Assembly (NCBI GenBank): GCA_963663865.1
Contig: OY760686.1
Location: 32,001-96,000 of the forward strand
Source: Spirochaetota bacterium
Lineage (GTDB): Bacteria > Spirochaetota > UBA4802 > UBA5550
Length of the DNA: 64,000 nt
Direction: 5' to 3'
Below, in pieces: positions 39,741 to 49,650 of the stretch (position 1 is the stretch's first letter; each line of letters starts with the position of its first letter). A model generated the notes under the pieces. It was not told the DNA's origin. It saw only the letters and a program-made list of their open reading frames with translations, and did not search any database. A program made the translations under genes and the position numbers.

Positions 39741-40856
39741 GTGATTGATATTGAAGGTAAGTACAACACCGCTCATATTATGATTGATGATATCGACCCC
39801 TTTACGCGCGAACAGATTCAGCGGATGATGGACAACCCCGCGTTCAGCGGCAGCCGGGTAGCGGTCATGCCAGACTGTCATGCCGGCGTCGGAGCTGTCA
39901 TAGGCTTCACCATGAAGATGAACGATTACATTATTCCCAATATCGTTGGGGTGGATATAGGCTGCGGCATGCTCAGCGCCTGTTTCGGGGAAATCGATAT
40001 TGACCCTGCCGAACTCGACAGCTTCATAAAAAAGAGAATTCCCTCATCAACCGGAATAAACCGTCAGACGGAAGACGGCCTGGGCCAGCTCGCGGAAGAG
40101 ACCGCACAGGTCTGCGAAACAATAGGCATTGAGGCGGATAAGGCCCTGAGAGCAATCGGCTCTCTGAGCGGAGGCAACCACTTCATCGAAGCAGGGCGCG
40201 GCACTGACGGAAGGCTGTGGATAACCATTCACTCGGGAAGCCGCAACTTCGGCCTCCAGGTTGCCATGTTCAGCCAGAGAAAGGCTAAGGAGAAGCACAG
40301 AGACAGGCCTGACAATGTTCCAGGGCTTGAGTCTCTTGAAACAGACAGCCGGGACGGGCGTGAATACCTTAAGCACCTCAGAACAGCTCAACTCTTTGCC
40401 GCCATGAACCGCCGCGTTATGATGTCCCGCATATCGGAGATTGCCGGAGATCCGATCGAGACACATGAGTCAGTGCACAACTTTATTGGAGACGATGACA
40501 TCATCAGAAAGGGTGCGACCCCCGCGAGAGACGGAGAAACCGTCATTCTGCCGTTCAACATGAGGGACGGCATAGCCCTCTGCCGCGGCAAGGGATCGGC
40601 TGAGTATAACTACTCTGCACCGCACGGAGCCGGACGTGTGCTCAGCCGCACTCAGGCAAAGGCAAGCCTTGACCTCAGCGAGCTCCAGAACCAGATGAAG
40701 CAGGCGGGAATTTACACCACAACGGCCACCAGAGGCACCCTTGACGAGGCTCCGGCAGCCTATAAGGACAGAGAGCTAATACTCAAAAATATATCTGCCA
40801 CCGTTGAAGTGATAGACTTCATCAAGCCCTTTTACAACTTCAAGGCTTCAGGATAA
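39741..40856 (+). CDS. rtcB: RNA ligase RtcB family
   Basis: MPDCHAG, VGVDIGCG, GGNHFIE, HSGSRNFG, HN, RKGA, SAPHGAGR, DEAPAAYK. Confidence 0.93.
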   Translation: MIDIEGKYNTAHIMIDDIDPFTREQIQRMMDNPAFSGSRVAVMPDCHAGVGAVIGFTMKMNDYIIPNIVGVDIGCGMLSACFGEIDIDPAELDSFIKKRIPSSTGINRQTEDGLGQLAEETAQVCETIGIEADKALRAIGSLSGGNHFIEAGRGTDGRLWITIHSGSRNFGLQVAMFSQRKAKEKHRDRPDNVPGLESLETDSRDGREYLKHLRTAQLFAAMNRRVMMSRISEIAGDPIETHESVHNFIGDDDIIRKGATPARDGETVILPFNMRDGIALCRGKGSAEYNYSAPHGAGRVLSRTQAKASLDLSELQNQMKQAGIYTTTATRGTLDEAPAAYKDRELILKNISATVEVIDFIKPFYNFKASG

Positions 40857-40872
40857 AGCCAAACGTGCCTTT

Positions 40873-41424
40873 TTATTTTAGAAATTTTGACACAAAGGGT
40901 GACGTTTCCCCTCTCCTCATAAAGTGTCCTGAAGGTCCCTCTCCAAGAAACTCGGAAAACCACGATTCATGCTCAATCTCTTCGTTCAGTATCGCCAGTG
41001 CGAGATCATATGTCCTGTGGTCCTTGCCGGCTGTTAAATCGCATATATGCGAATAGCCTCTGACTGCGCACCTTTCCGCTTCGACTAGAACTCTCAACAT
41101 ATCTTTTACATTCTGAGGATTTTTTGGAAGATTTGCCGGCGGGCAGGCCGAAAGATCGTGAAATTCTTTCATGCAATCGGGCAGGTTTCCACCAAGCTCG
41201 TATATGCGTGGAACAAGAGCTTCAAAATGATTCCGGTCTTCCACTCTTGCGACCTCGGCAATTTCCTTAATGCCCTCTCCCTCAAGCCCAATTAAGTTCA
41301 CCCTCAAGATAGTGTAATAGTAGTAGGTGGTTAATTCAGCGGAAGCATTTTTCACTAAAAGTTGAAGCAACTCCTTAAGGTCAACTCCGGCTTTCTCAAC
41401 AACATCTCGCGCTACCTTTGCCAT
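40873..41424 (-). CDS. Dps-like (DPSL) ferritin-superfamily protein
   Basis: AELTTYYYY, EDRNHFEAL, SACPPA, EAERCAVRGY, EEIEHESWF. Confidence 0.9.
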   Translation of the reverse strand: MAKVARDVVEKAGVDLKELLQLLVKNASAELTTYYYYTILRVNLIGLEGEGIKEIAEVARVEDRNHFEALVPRIYELGGNLPDCMKEFHDLSACPPANLPKNPQNVKDMLRVLVEAERCAVRGYSHICDLTAGKDHRTYDLALAILNEEIEHESWFSEFLGEGPSGHFMRRGETSPFVSKFLK

Positions 41425-41615
41425 ACGACCCTCCTCCCTGACAATATTTTGTTCATACCCAAATGAAGGTTACTATTAAACCAGGATTAAATCAAATTAT
41501 CTGGAACTTATTATTTGAATTTTATCTCAGTTTATCCTTTACATCTCCACTCAATAACATGTATGATTTTGAGCTTCTACCGTGAATAAAACCTTTTACT
41601 TGAAAAATAAGTCCT

Positions 41616-44600
41616 GTGATTATATTACTTTTTTCATGGAGCGCACGATTGCACAGAATTACTGAATTCTTCCTGAAACACAGCATGTTAGTGAATGTGC
41701 TTGTCGTTGCCGTAATAGGCCTCGGCATTAAGAGTCTTCTTGAAATAAAAAAAGAGGGCTTTCCGGAGATATCGCTCAACAGGGTCATTATACAGACCGT
41801 CTATCCGGGCGCTGCCGCGTCTGACGTTGAACGTAACGTTACGCTCCGCATTGAAGAGGCCCTTGAAGAGGTAGAGGGCATAAAGGAGGTGCTTTCCGTT
41901 TCCGACGAAAGCATCTCCCGAATAGAGGTTCACGCGGACGACAGCGCCTCAGCCGTGGAATTCAAAAAGCTTTACGACGATGTCGATTCCGCGCTCTCTT
42001 CTATTGATGATCTCCCATCCGATATTGAAAACAAGCCGTCAATCAGCGAATTCACCTCTTCGGATATACCGATTATGGAGATCGCCCTAACCGGCGAATT
42101 CAGCGTTTTAAAGCCCTTTGCCGACAGGCTTGGAAACCAGATCCGGAAGCTCCCCGGGGTTGGCGGTGTCACGGTTGTCGGGCTGCCCGACGAGGAATTC
42201 CAGGTGCTCGTCGACCCTGCGAGAGCAGCGGCCTCCAGGGTCGATCTCAGGATGATTTACAACGCCCTGAGCCGCAGAAACGTCGAAGGCTCGGGCGGAA
42301 CCCTCAACTCACCGAAGGGGGAAAAGAAGGTTGTATTCCAGGACAAGTACGCAAAAGCCACGGACGCGGCTGAAACCCTCATTCTCAGTAACACGGACGG
42401 ATTCGGCGTCAGGCTCAGCGACGTCGCGGAGATACGAAAGGCTCCCGAGGACATGGGCCTGATAGTGAGAAGCAACGGCAAGAGGGGCGCCGCCCTCTCT
42501 GTCAGGAAAACCGGCTCAAGCGACCTTTTAAAGACGGTTGACTCAATAAACAAACTGCTTAGCGCCACAGAGCTTCCCGATGGCGCCGGAATGAAGGTGA
42601 TACTCGACCAGTCCCGCCTTACCCGTGACAGGCTGAGCCTGCTGGCAGGAAACGCCGTAATCGGATTCCTGCTCGTTGCCGCCGTGCTCTTTCTGATATT
42701 CAACTTCAAGACAGCCCTCTGGACTGCATTCGGCATACCCTTCTCTCTTCTGGGGATGTTCATCTTCCTTAAGATTACAGGGATGTCTCTCAATCTGATA
42801 TCCCTCGGCGGCTTTATTATCATCATCGGGATGCTTGTCGATGACGCAATTGTCGTTTCAGAAGAGTTCAACAGCAACCGCGAATCCGGGCTGTCCCCTC
42901 ACGAGTCCGCCGTTATGGCGGTTAAAAGGATGTGGCTTCCTGTCGCGGCTTCCTGCCTGACTACTATTGTGGCTTTTTCTCCCATTTTCGCGGTGGGCGG
43001 ATTCCCCGGAAAGTTCATCTGGGCAATCCCGCTGATGGTCATTGTCGGCCTATCAATCTCGCTGATTGAAAGCTACGTTATTCTTCCCGTTCACCTGACC
43101 CATGGCAGGCACAGGGCTTCCTCATCCAAACACAGCTATGTAGTAAAGCTGGAGGCCGTCTACAAAAGGGCGCTCTCCAGGGCAATTCGGCTGAGGTTCC
43201 CTGTCCTGGGCGCGGCGCTGCTGCTGCTTTTCGCCTCATTCATTGTGCTCGGCAAAGTCGTCAAGAAAGACCCGTTCCCGCAGGACGCCGCCGAAGGCTT
43301 CAGTGTAACCCTTACACTTCCGCCGGGAAGCTCAGCCGCCCGGACTGAGAGGGCAACCGCTGAAATAGAGAGCCTTATCCTCGGGCTTGGAGAAAATGAG
43401 CTTGTAGGTCTGAGTACCCGGATTGGGACGCACAGCCTGCTGAGCGCCACGGAACGCGGCACTCAGAACAATCTCGCGGCCATTTTCGTCTACCTGACGC
43501 CCTACTCGAAAAGGGACCGTACCGCAGATGAGCTCATTACCCACGTAACCGCCGGCATGAAGGCCCTTGAGCCGCTCAGAAAATCTGACTTTAAGGTTGA
43601 GCTGACCCGCCTTGGCCCGCCCATGGGCAAGCCTTTCGAAATACGAGTAATATCCAACGATGACGCACTCAGAAGAAAGCGTGTTGAGGAAATAACTTCA
43701 TTCCTTTCACAGGTTCCTGGCGTCTACGACATTGAAGACGACGAGCTTGAGGGGAAAAACGAGTTGGCGCTGAATATCGACCACGCCACTCTTGCCCGCA
43801 CCGGCCTCACTTCGCAGGACGTCATAACGGCGCTGCGTTTGGCCTTTGACGGCATGAAAGCTACTGACATAACGACACTTGAGGGTACGACTGAGTTCAG
43901 GGTCATGCTGAACGACAAAGCCCGCGCAAACACCCGTTTCCTCGAAACTCTGCCCATAGCCAACAGCAGAGGCAACCTGATAAACCTCTCAATGTTCACT
44001 GCACTTTCAGAGAAGCCATCCTTTGCCGGGATAAGGCACATAGACGGCGACAGGGCAACAACTGTTTCCGGAAGCGCTGTCCTCAAGACCATATCGCCCG
44101 TCGAGGTCATGAATATAGTCAGAGGCAAATTCCCCTCGGACGACAAAGCGAGAATTGATTACTCCGGTCAGCCCGTAGAGACCGAAAAGATAATGGCCGG
44201 CCTATCATCAGCCGCGATAGCCGCGCTGCTTGGCATATTTCTTCTCATGGCGCTGATACTCAACTCTTTCAAGAGGCCCCTGGTAATCATGTCGGCGATC
44301 CCCTTCCTCGCGGTAGGCTTTGCCTTCGTTCTTGTTACGCACGGCATCCCCGCTTCAATGATGACCGGAGTCGCCATGGTCGGACTCATGGGCGTTATTG
44401 TGAACAACTCAATCGTTATGGTACACACCATCAGGGGTGAGGCCGGCAGCATTATCACCGAAAATGCCATTATCAACGGAGCTGTACAGAGGCTGAGGCC
44501 AGTACTGCTCACTACCATAACCACTGTTCTCGGGGTCCTTCCTACCGGCTACGGCATCGGAGGTTCAGATCCGTTCCTTTCGCACATGTCTCTTGCCATG

Positions 44601-44696
44601 GCCTACGGGCTTCTCTTCGGCACGCTGATTACCCTTTTCGCGGTGCCCATACTGCTGAGAATCGGCCTGGATATCGGGAAAATCCGGCAGGCGTGA
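41616..44696 (+). CDS. RND efflux transporter permease (AcrB/AcrD/AcrF family)
   Basis: TVYPGA...VE, GMLVDDAIVVSE, RLRPVLLTT; about 1020 aa. Exact start uncertain. Confidence 0.92.
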   Translation: MIILLFSWSARLHRITEFFLKHSMLVNVLVVAVIGLGIKSLLEIKKEGFPEISLNRVIIQTVYPGAAASDVERNVTLRIEEALEEVEGIKEVLSVSDESISRIEVHADDSASAVEFKKLYDDVDSALSSIDDLPSDIENKPSISEFTSSDIPIMEIALTGEFSVLKPFADRLGNQIRKLPGVGGVTVVGLPDEEFQVLVDPARAAASRVDLRMIYNALSRRNVEGSGGTLNSPKGEKKVVFQDKYAKATDAAETLILSNTDGFGVRLSDVAEIRKAPEDMGLIVRSNGKRGAALSVRKTGSSDLLKTVDSINKLLSATELPDGAGMKVILDQSRLTRDRLSLLAGNAVIGFLLVAAVLFLIFNFKTALWTAFGIPFSLLGMFIFLKITGMSLNLISLGGFIIIIGMLVDDAIVVSEEFNSNRESGLSPHESAVMAVKRMWLPVAASCLTTIVAFSPIFAVGGFPGKFIWAIPLMVIVGLSISLIESYVILPVHLTHGRHRASSSKHSYVVKLEAVYKRALSRAIRLRFPVLGAALLLLFASFIVLGKVVKKDPFPQDAAEGFSVTLTLPPGSSAARTERATAEIESLILGLGENELVGLSTRIGTHSLLSATERGTQNNLAAIFVYLTPYSKRDRTADELITHVTAGMKALEPLRKSDFKVELTRLGPPMGKPFEIRVISNDDALRRKRVEEITSFLSQVPGVYDIEDDELEGKNELALNIDHATLARTGLTSQDVITALRLAFDGMKATDITTLEGTTEFRVMLNDKARANTRFLETLPIANSRGNLINLSMFTALSEKPSFAGIRHIDGDRATTVSGSAVLKTISPVEVMNIVRGKFPSDDKARIDYSGQPVETEKIMAGLSSAAIAALLGIFLLMALILNSFKRPLVIMSAIPFLAVGFAFVLVTHGIPASMMTGVAMVGLMGVIVNNSIVMVHTIRGEAGSIITENAIINGAVQRLRPVLLTTITTVLGVLPTGYGIGGSDPFLSHMSLAMAYGLLFGTLITLFAVPILLRIGLDIGKIRQA

Positions 44697-44698
44697 AA

Positions 44699-45403
44699 TC
44701 AGAAAAGCCTGCCCGCGAGAAGCGGCACGGCTGTCTCAACGCGAAGTATGCGGCCGCCCAATGACACCGGGGTAAAACCTGCCGCCCGAAGCATATGGAC
44801 CTCGTAGGGGATGAAACCGCCCTCAGGCCCTATCGCAAGTGTCACCATTTCCTTTACGCCCCTGGGGCATTCTTCTTCGGCGGCGGGATGCGCGGCAAGG
44901 GCAAGCGTGCCCCCGGCTATTTCAGGAAGCTCATCTTCGACAAAGGGCTTAAAGCGTGTGCGGATATGAACCTCAGGAACCACAGTGTCCCGGCCCTGTT
45001 CAAGGCCCGCGATGAGGTGTTCAGCGACATGTGTTTCGTCAAGCACAGGGCTTCCCCAGTAACTCTTCTCAACGCGCCAGGTCTTGATAATATACATCTC
45101 CTTTACGCCCATTGCCGCGGCGTGCTGAAGAACACGCCCTAACACCTTGGGCCTCGGCATGGCAAGGATGAGCTTCATCGGGAGCGGCGCGGGAGGCTCC
45201 TCTGTCAGGTTGAGCTCAAGCTCAAGGGCTTTGGCATCAATACGCCTGACAAGCCCGCTTCCCATCGGACCGTTGATGAGCCCGGCCTTCAGCGTATCGC
45301 CCTCGGACGGTTTGATGCAGGTCAGGACATGTTCAAGTCTGCGCCCTCTGACGAGGGCAGTTGTTCCGCTGATGTCATCATCATACAGAAGAATAATGTT
45401 CAT
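44699..45403 (-). CDS. rsmE: 16S rRNA m3U1498 methyltransferase
   Basis: AMPRPK, EQGRDT, AIGPEGGF, LGGRILRVETA. Confidence 0.92.
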   Translation of the reverse strand: MNIILLYDDDISGTTALVRGRRLEHVLTCIKPSEGDTLKAGLINGPMGSGLVRRIDAKALELELNLTEEPPAPLPMKLILAMPRPKVLGRVLQHAAAMGVKEMYIIKTWRVEKSYWGSPVLDETHVAEHLIAGLEQGRDTVVPEVHIRTRFKPFVEDELPEIAGGTLALAAHPAAEEECPRGVKEMVTLAIGPEGGFIPYEVHMLRAAGFTPVSLGGRILRVETAVPLLAGRLF

Positions 45404-45406
45404 ATC

Positions 45407-46426
45407 TTATGACACCCTTTTTCGCCGGATCATCATCCCCACCCTTAAAAAGAGACGTGAGATAAATGGCCTCCTCTTTTCTGTAATCCCACCTTTTAAA
45501 AAACCGTAAACCGCGGCTGCGGCCTCCGGACACCTGAGATAGCCGTAAAGCTTGTGGTGGTTCGGGACGCCTTCGTACTCATAGTTGTTCAGCACAATTC
45601 GGTCATCGGGAGCAATGCCGCTTGAATTGGGGATATAGTCTTCCTTCAGTCTGTAGATCATGGCGACTTTGTCGTCAAGATCGGAGAGGTTTATCCACCG
45701 GCCGGTAATGTTCCCGGGAACCGGGGCCTTTCTGTTTTTATAGGGATCCCGGCCCGCCGTCTGATTGTTCTTCTTGATAATTACGGGAAGCCCCAGCGGA
45801 GCGCCTGCCGTGATGAATGTATCGACTTTCAGCGACGGGTTCTGCATCATAACATCGTAGGATATTATCGTACCCATGGAGTGCGCAATCAGCATTATAC
45901 GTTTTCTGCGGTGTTTTCTGAGAGTCTGCTCAAGCCGCCCCTGAATATGTTTTTTCGCGGGGATACCCCTGTATTGTGGTACCGAGCTTTCACCGTTATA
46001 GTAAAGATGCATGTCGTAGTAAAGCTTTCGTATGATGATATCGGCAATGCGCCCGAAGTCGACAAATCCGTTGTTCCCTAAAAATATCCGGTCAAGTGCA
46101 TCATCAAGGAAGTCAAGAAATCTTCGTTTAAACTCACGGGGACGAAAACCCCGATAGGCCTCTGGATTGCCGGGAACATAGGGTTCCTCCATATAAAATT
46201 GGCTCTCAGGGTTTTTCTCGCCGGGGTGCTGAGGCCGCTCATAGAATATGTCAGCCCAGTAAACCGATTCAAATCTGAAACGGACATCAGGATATCCGGC
46301 GGAGGCCAGACCTTCCCTGATTGAGTCTATCCACCACCTTTTAAAAAGCCTCTCTTCCGGCTTATTGGCGAGTCCGTGTATACCGATGATGATCTTTCTT
46401 TGAAAGAGAGATTTGATAAGTTTCAT
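45407..46426 (-). CDS. Alpha/beta-hydrolase-fold protein
   Basis: IHGL, IAHSMG nucleophile elbow, TAGAPLG, D..D and late His. Confidence 0.65.
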   Translation of the reverse strand: MKLIKSLFQRKIIIGIHGLANKPEERLFKRWWIDSIREGLASAGYPDVRFRFESVYWADIFYERPQHPGEKNPESQFYMEEPYVPGNPEAYRGFRPREFKRRFLDFLDDALDRIFLGNNGFVDFGRIADIIIRKLYYDMHLYYNGESSVPQYRGIPAKKHIQGRLEQTLRKHRRKRIMLIAHSMGTIISYDVMMQNPSLKVDTFITAGAPLGLPVIIKKNNQTAGRDPYKNRKAPVPGNITGRWINLSDLDDKVAMIYRLKEDYIPNSSGIAPDDRIVLNNYEYEGVPNHHKLYGYLRCPEAAAAVYGFLKGGITEKRRPFISRLFLRVGMMIRRKRVS

Positions 46427-47361
46427 GCGCTTGCGGCGTCCTTGCCCGGCGTAATGCCGAACATCCTTTTGTACTCCCTGTTAAACTGGGACGGGCTTTC
46501 ATATCCGACATGTATGGCTGCGTTGTAGGCGTTTATACCGTCCTCAAGCATGAGCATGCGCGCCTTATGAAGCCTGACGCTCTTTATGTACTGGAGCGGC
46601 GATATATTGGTCACAGCCTTGAAGCTGGCATGAAACGCGGAAATGCTCATTCCCGTTTCAGTAGCCAGAGAATTAAGATCAAGCCTCTTGTTGTAAGAAG
46701 TATGTATTTTATCGAGGATTCTCGCAATCTGGAAAAAGCGCTGATTTCTGTAAGCAAGGGCCCTCAGCGCGTCGCCATTCTCTCCGCAAAGGACTCTGTA
46801 GATTATTTCCCGCACAATCATGGGCCCCAGAAAGCCCGCGTCGGCTGGTGTAGACAAAGCCTCTAAAAGCCTGACTGCCGCGTCAGTCATCTGCCCGTTG
46901 AGCCGCGCGGAATACACTCCGCCCGGGAGTAAAATCTGACTCTGACGCGGACTGTCCATTGTCAGAAGAATTTCCGCTACCTCAGCTGCATCGACCCTGA
47001 TTTTCACCCCGAGCAGTGGTTTCGCCGGGTTTGCATCCGTATCACATTCAAGAGGAACCGGCACGGAAAGAACGAGGTAGTTCATAGGATCATATACATA
47101 GGCCTTATCGCCGATAAATATTCTCTTTTTCCCCTGTGCCAGAATTATTATCCCGGGCTCATAGCTTTGCGGCTTCCGGGTTGACGGTTCCGATATCCGG
47201 AACAGGTGCACTTTGCCGTCAACAAGCTCAACAAGCCCGTCTGCCGGAACAAGTTCTTCCAGGAGTTCAACCATTCTGTTTTCTGTCATTCTTTTGTCCA
47301 GTTCGGCAATACCATCCCTTCGGGGATGGTATTGCCTGTTATCTTCAGCATACCCTGACAT
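46423..47361 (-). CDS. AraC-family regulator, YqhC-like (AraC_N domain)
   Basis: YEPGIIILAQGKK, REIIYRVL, SPLQYIKSVRLHKAR, GYESPSQFNREYKRMFG. Confidence 0.92.
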   Translation of the reverse strand: MSGYAEDNRQYHPRRDGIAELDKRMTENRMVELLEELVPADGLVELVDGKVHLFRISEPSTRKPQSYEPGIIILAQGKKRIFIGDKAYVYDPMNYLVLSVPVPLECDTDANPAKPLLGVKIRVDAAEVAEILLTMDSPRQSQILLPGGVYSARLNGQMTDAAVRLLEALSTPADAGFLGPMIVREIIYRVLCGENGDALRALAYRNQRFFQIARILDKIHTSYNKRLDLNSLATETGMSISAFHASFKAVTNISPLQYIKSVRLHKARMLMLEDGINAYNAAIHVGYESPSQFNREYKRMFGITPGKDAASA

Positions 47362-47602
47362 TTTTCAAGTATTATAATAACCCAAATACATTTTTACAAC
47401 ATTTAAGCCTTATTTTTACCTTTTTCAACCCGGCCATGTAGAATCAGGCAATTTATAAGAGAATCTGATATTTACTTCTCCTCATCACGGCAGTAAATTC
47501 ACATTGTATAAACATTCCATAACAGGAGCAAATCATGGGAAAACTTCATTTTTCGGTTATTGTACTGACGGTATTTCCAATCAACACTTGCGAGGCAAAA
47601 AT

Positions 47603-48187
47603 ATGAAAAAATCAAACATCATTCTTTTGTCATTAATTACACTGTTTTTTTCCGCATCAACATTATTTTCTAAGGAGAACGCTTTGGAAGCACAGAACAA
47701 GAAGCAAAGGATACTCATCGTCTACTATTCATGGGGCGGTAACACGCAAAGCATAGCGCAGCAAATCCAGAAGACAACCGGAGGGGATATATTCGAAATT
47801 GAAACGGTTAAACCTTACTCAAGAGATTACCATACATGTACTCAGGAGGCGAAAATTGACCTTCAAAAGCAGGCACGCCCTGCTCTCAAAAAAGATAAGG
47901 TTGATATGACTAAATACGATATTGTTCTTCTCGGATATCCGAACTGGTGGTCTTCGATACCAATGCCTGTGGCTTCATTTCTGGAGAAAAACAACTTCTC
48001 CGGCAAGAGAGTAATTCCTTTCTGCAGCCATGGCGGCGGAGGGCTGGCAAAAACCGTCTCTGCGGTCAAGGCGCTTCTGCCCTCCGCTAATATTGGAGAA
48101 GCTCTTTCGGTCAGATCGTCTGGCGGCAGTTCGCTTCAGGGAGACATTGACGGATGGCTGCGCAAAAACGGACTTTCCGGTAAATAG
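47603..48187 (+). CDS. Flavodoxin with signal-like N-terminus
   Basis: YYSWGGNT, LGYPNWW, PFCSHGGGG; start moved to ATG 47603 behind GAGG. Confidence 0.88.
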   Translation: MKKSNIILLSLITLFFSASTLFSKENALEAQNKKQRILIVYYSWGGNTQSIAQQIQKTTGGDIFEIETVKPYSRDYHTCTQEAKIDLQKQARPALKKDKVDMTKYDIVLLGYPNWWSSIPMPVASFLEKNNFSGKRVIPFCSHGGGGLAKTVSAVKALLPSANIGEALSVRSSGGSSLQGDIDGWLRKNGLSGK

Positions 48188-48277
48188 CTCTCCACAGCGA
48201 TTTGCAAATTAATGAATGATTATTTTGAATAAATCCAAATAGTCCCTGTTATAATACTCAAACAAAGGAGATCACAT

Positions 48278-49465
48278 ATGAACATTGAATTTCAGAACCC
48301 GACCCGCCTGATATTCGGAGCAGGCGGACTTAAAAAACTTGGCGAGGTGACCTCAACATGGGGCAAAAAGGCCCTTATAGTCACCGGAGGCGGCAGCGTA
48401 AAACGTAACGGCACATTTGACCGTGCAGTCGAAAGCCTCAAAGCCGCCGGAATTGACTATGCTGAATGCAGCGGGGTAGAACCCAATCCGAGAATCTCCT
48501 CGGTAAGGCGCGGAGCTGAAACAGCCCGCAAAGAAGGATGCGATGTTGTAATAGCTCTCGGAGGCGGAAGCGCGATGGATGCTTCGAAGGTCATGGCGGC
48601 TGCATTCTACTACGACGGCGACCCGTGGGACATGATACTGCATGGACAGCCCAGACCGCATGTACCGTCAAAAGCTCTACCTGTCATTACGGTCCCCACC
48701 CTCGCGGCAACCGGCTCAGAGATGAATATGGGCGCGGTAATATCCAACGAAGAGACACAGGAAAAATCTTTTGTTATGTCACCGTGCCTCTATCCGAAGA
48801 CCGCTCTGGTTGACCCGGAGCTGACATTAACGGTCCCGAAAGACCAGACAGCCTACGGCGTTTGCGACCTTATAACTCACGTTACGGAAGGGTACTTCAA
48901 CGGCGTTGACGGCACCCCGATCCAGGACAGGTTTGCGGAGGGGGTTATTCTCACCGCAATGGAATGGGGCCCGAAGGCCATCGCCGACGGCAACGACCTT
49001 GAAGCGCGCGCCCAGGTCCAGTGGGCTTCGATTGTCGCTCTCAATGGATGGGTAAACGCCGGCACCAATGGCGGTTCTCCAGTGCACATGATTGAGCACA
49101 CACTTTCAGCCTACCACGATATAACACACGCGGCCGGACTTGCGGTGATAAATCCCTCTTGGATGCGCTTCGCTGCCCGTCACAGGGCAGAGAAGTTTGT
49201 ACAGTTCGCTGAACGCGTGTTCGGCCTGAAGGCAAAAGGGAGTGACGATCTCGACTGCGCGCTTGAGGGCATTGACCGCTTCGAAGAATTTCTAAAAAGC
49301 ATCGGCTGCCCTACACATCTCTCAGAACTTAAGATTGACGACAGCCAGTTCAAGCGATACGCACAGGACACACTCCGCGTCATGCACGATGCGGACGGCA
49401 AACTCTTTGGACGCCCTCCGATGTCAGAAGAGGACATTATTGCGGTACTCCGAGCTGCGCTGTAA
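48278..49465 (+). CDS. Iron-containing alcohol dehydrogenase (YqhD/Bdh-like)
   Basis: GGGSVKRNG, EPNP, GGGSAMD, PTLAATGSE, HMIEHTLSA, HAAGLA. Confidence 0.93.
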   Translation: MNIEFQNPTRLIFGAGGLKKLGEVTSTWGKKALIVTGGGSVKRNGTFDRAVESLKAAGIDYAECSGVEPNPRISSVRRGAETARKEGCDVVIALGGGSAMDASKVMAAAFYYDGDPWDMILHGQPRPHVPSKALPVITVPTLAATGSEMNMGAVISNEETQEKSFVMSPCLYPKTALVDPELTLTVPKDQTAYGVCDLITHVTEGYFNGVDGTPIQDRFAEGVILTAMEWGPKAIADGNDLEARAQVQWASIVALNGWVNAGTNGGSPVHMIEHTLSAYHDITHAAGLAVINPSWMRFAARHRAEKFVQFAERVFGLKAKGSDDLDCALEGIDRFEEFLKSIGCPTHLSELKIDDSQFKRYAQDTLRVMHDADGKLFGRPPMSEEDIIAVLRAAL

Positions 49466-49490
49466 TAGATTTGCCAATCTGACGGCGGTT

Positions 49491-49553
49491 TGCCCCCCCG
49501 CTGATAGCGGGGGCTACAAATAGGGGGCTACAAACAGCGGGGGAGCTGCAAAA
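49491..49553. repeat. GC hairpin followed by short direct repeats GGGGGCTACAAA
   Basis: CCCCCGCT-GAT-AGCGGGGG; GGGGGCTACAAA twice plus a degenerate GGGAGCTGCAAA. Confidence 0.55.
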
Positions 49554-49650
49554 GATTGCCTCGTCGATGGCAGATGAATATCAAAATGATTTGACCTCTT
49601 GAAACGATTCGAGTATATCACCCGGTTGCTAATCCAACAGGAGAATCCCC

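Noticed and set aside
42257-44524. Long antisense ORFs within the RND gene, and similar ones in htpG, rsgA, cheD and the GH3 genes
   Set aside because: These are shadow frames of well-supported genes with no independent motifs.
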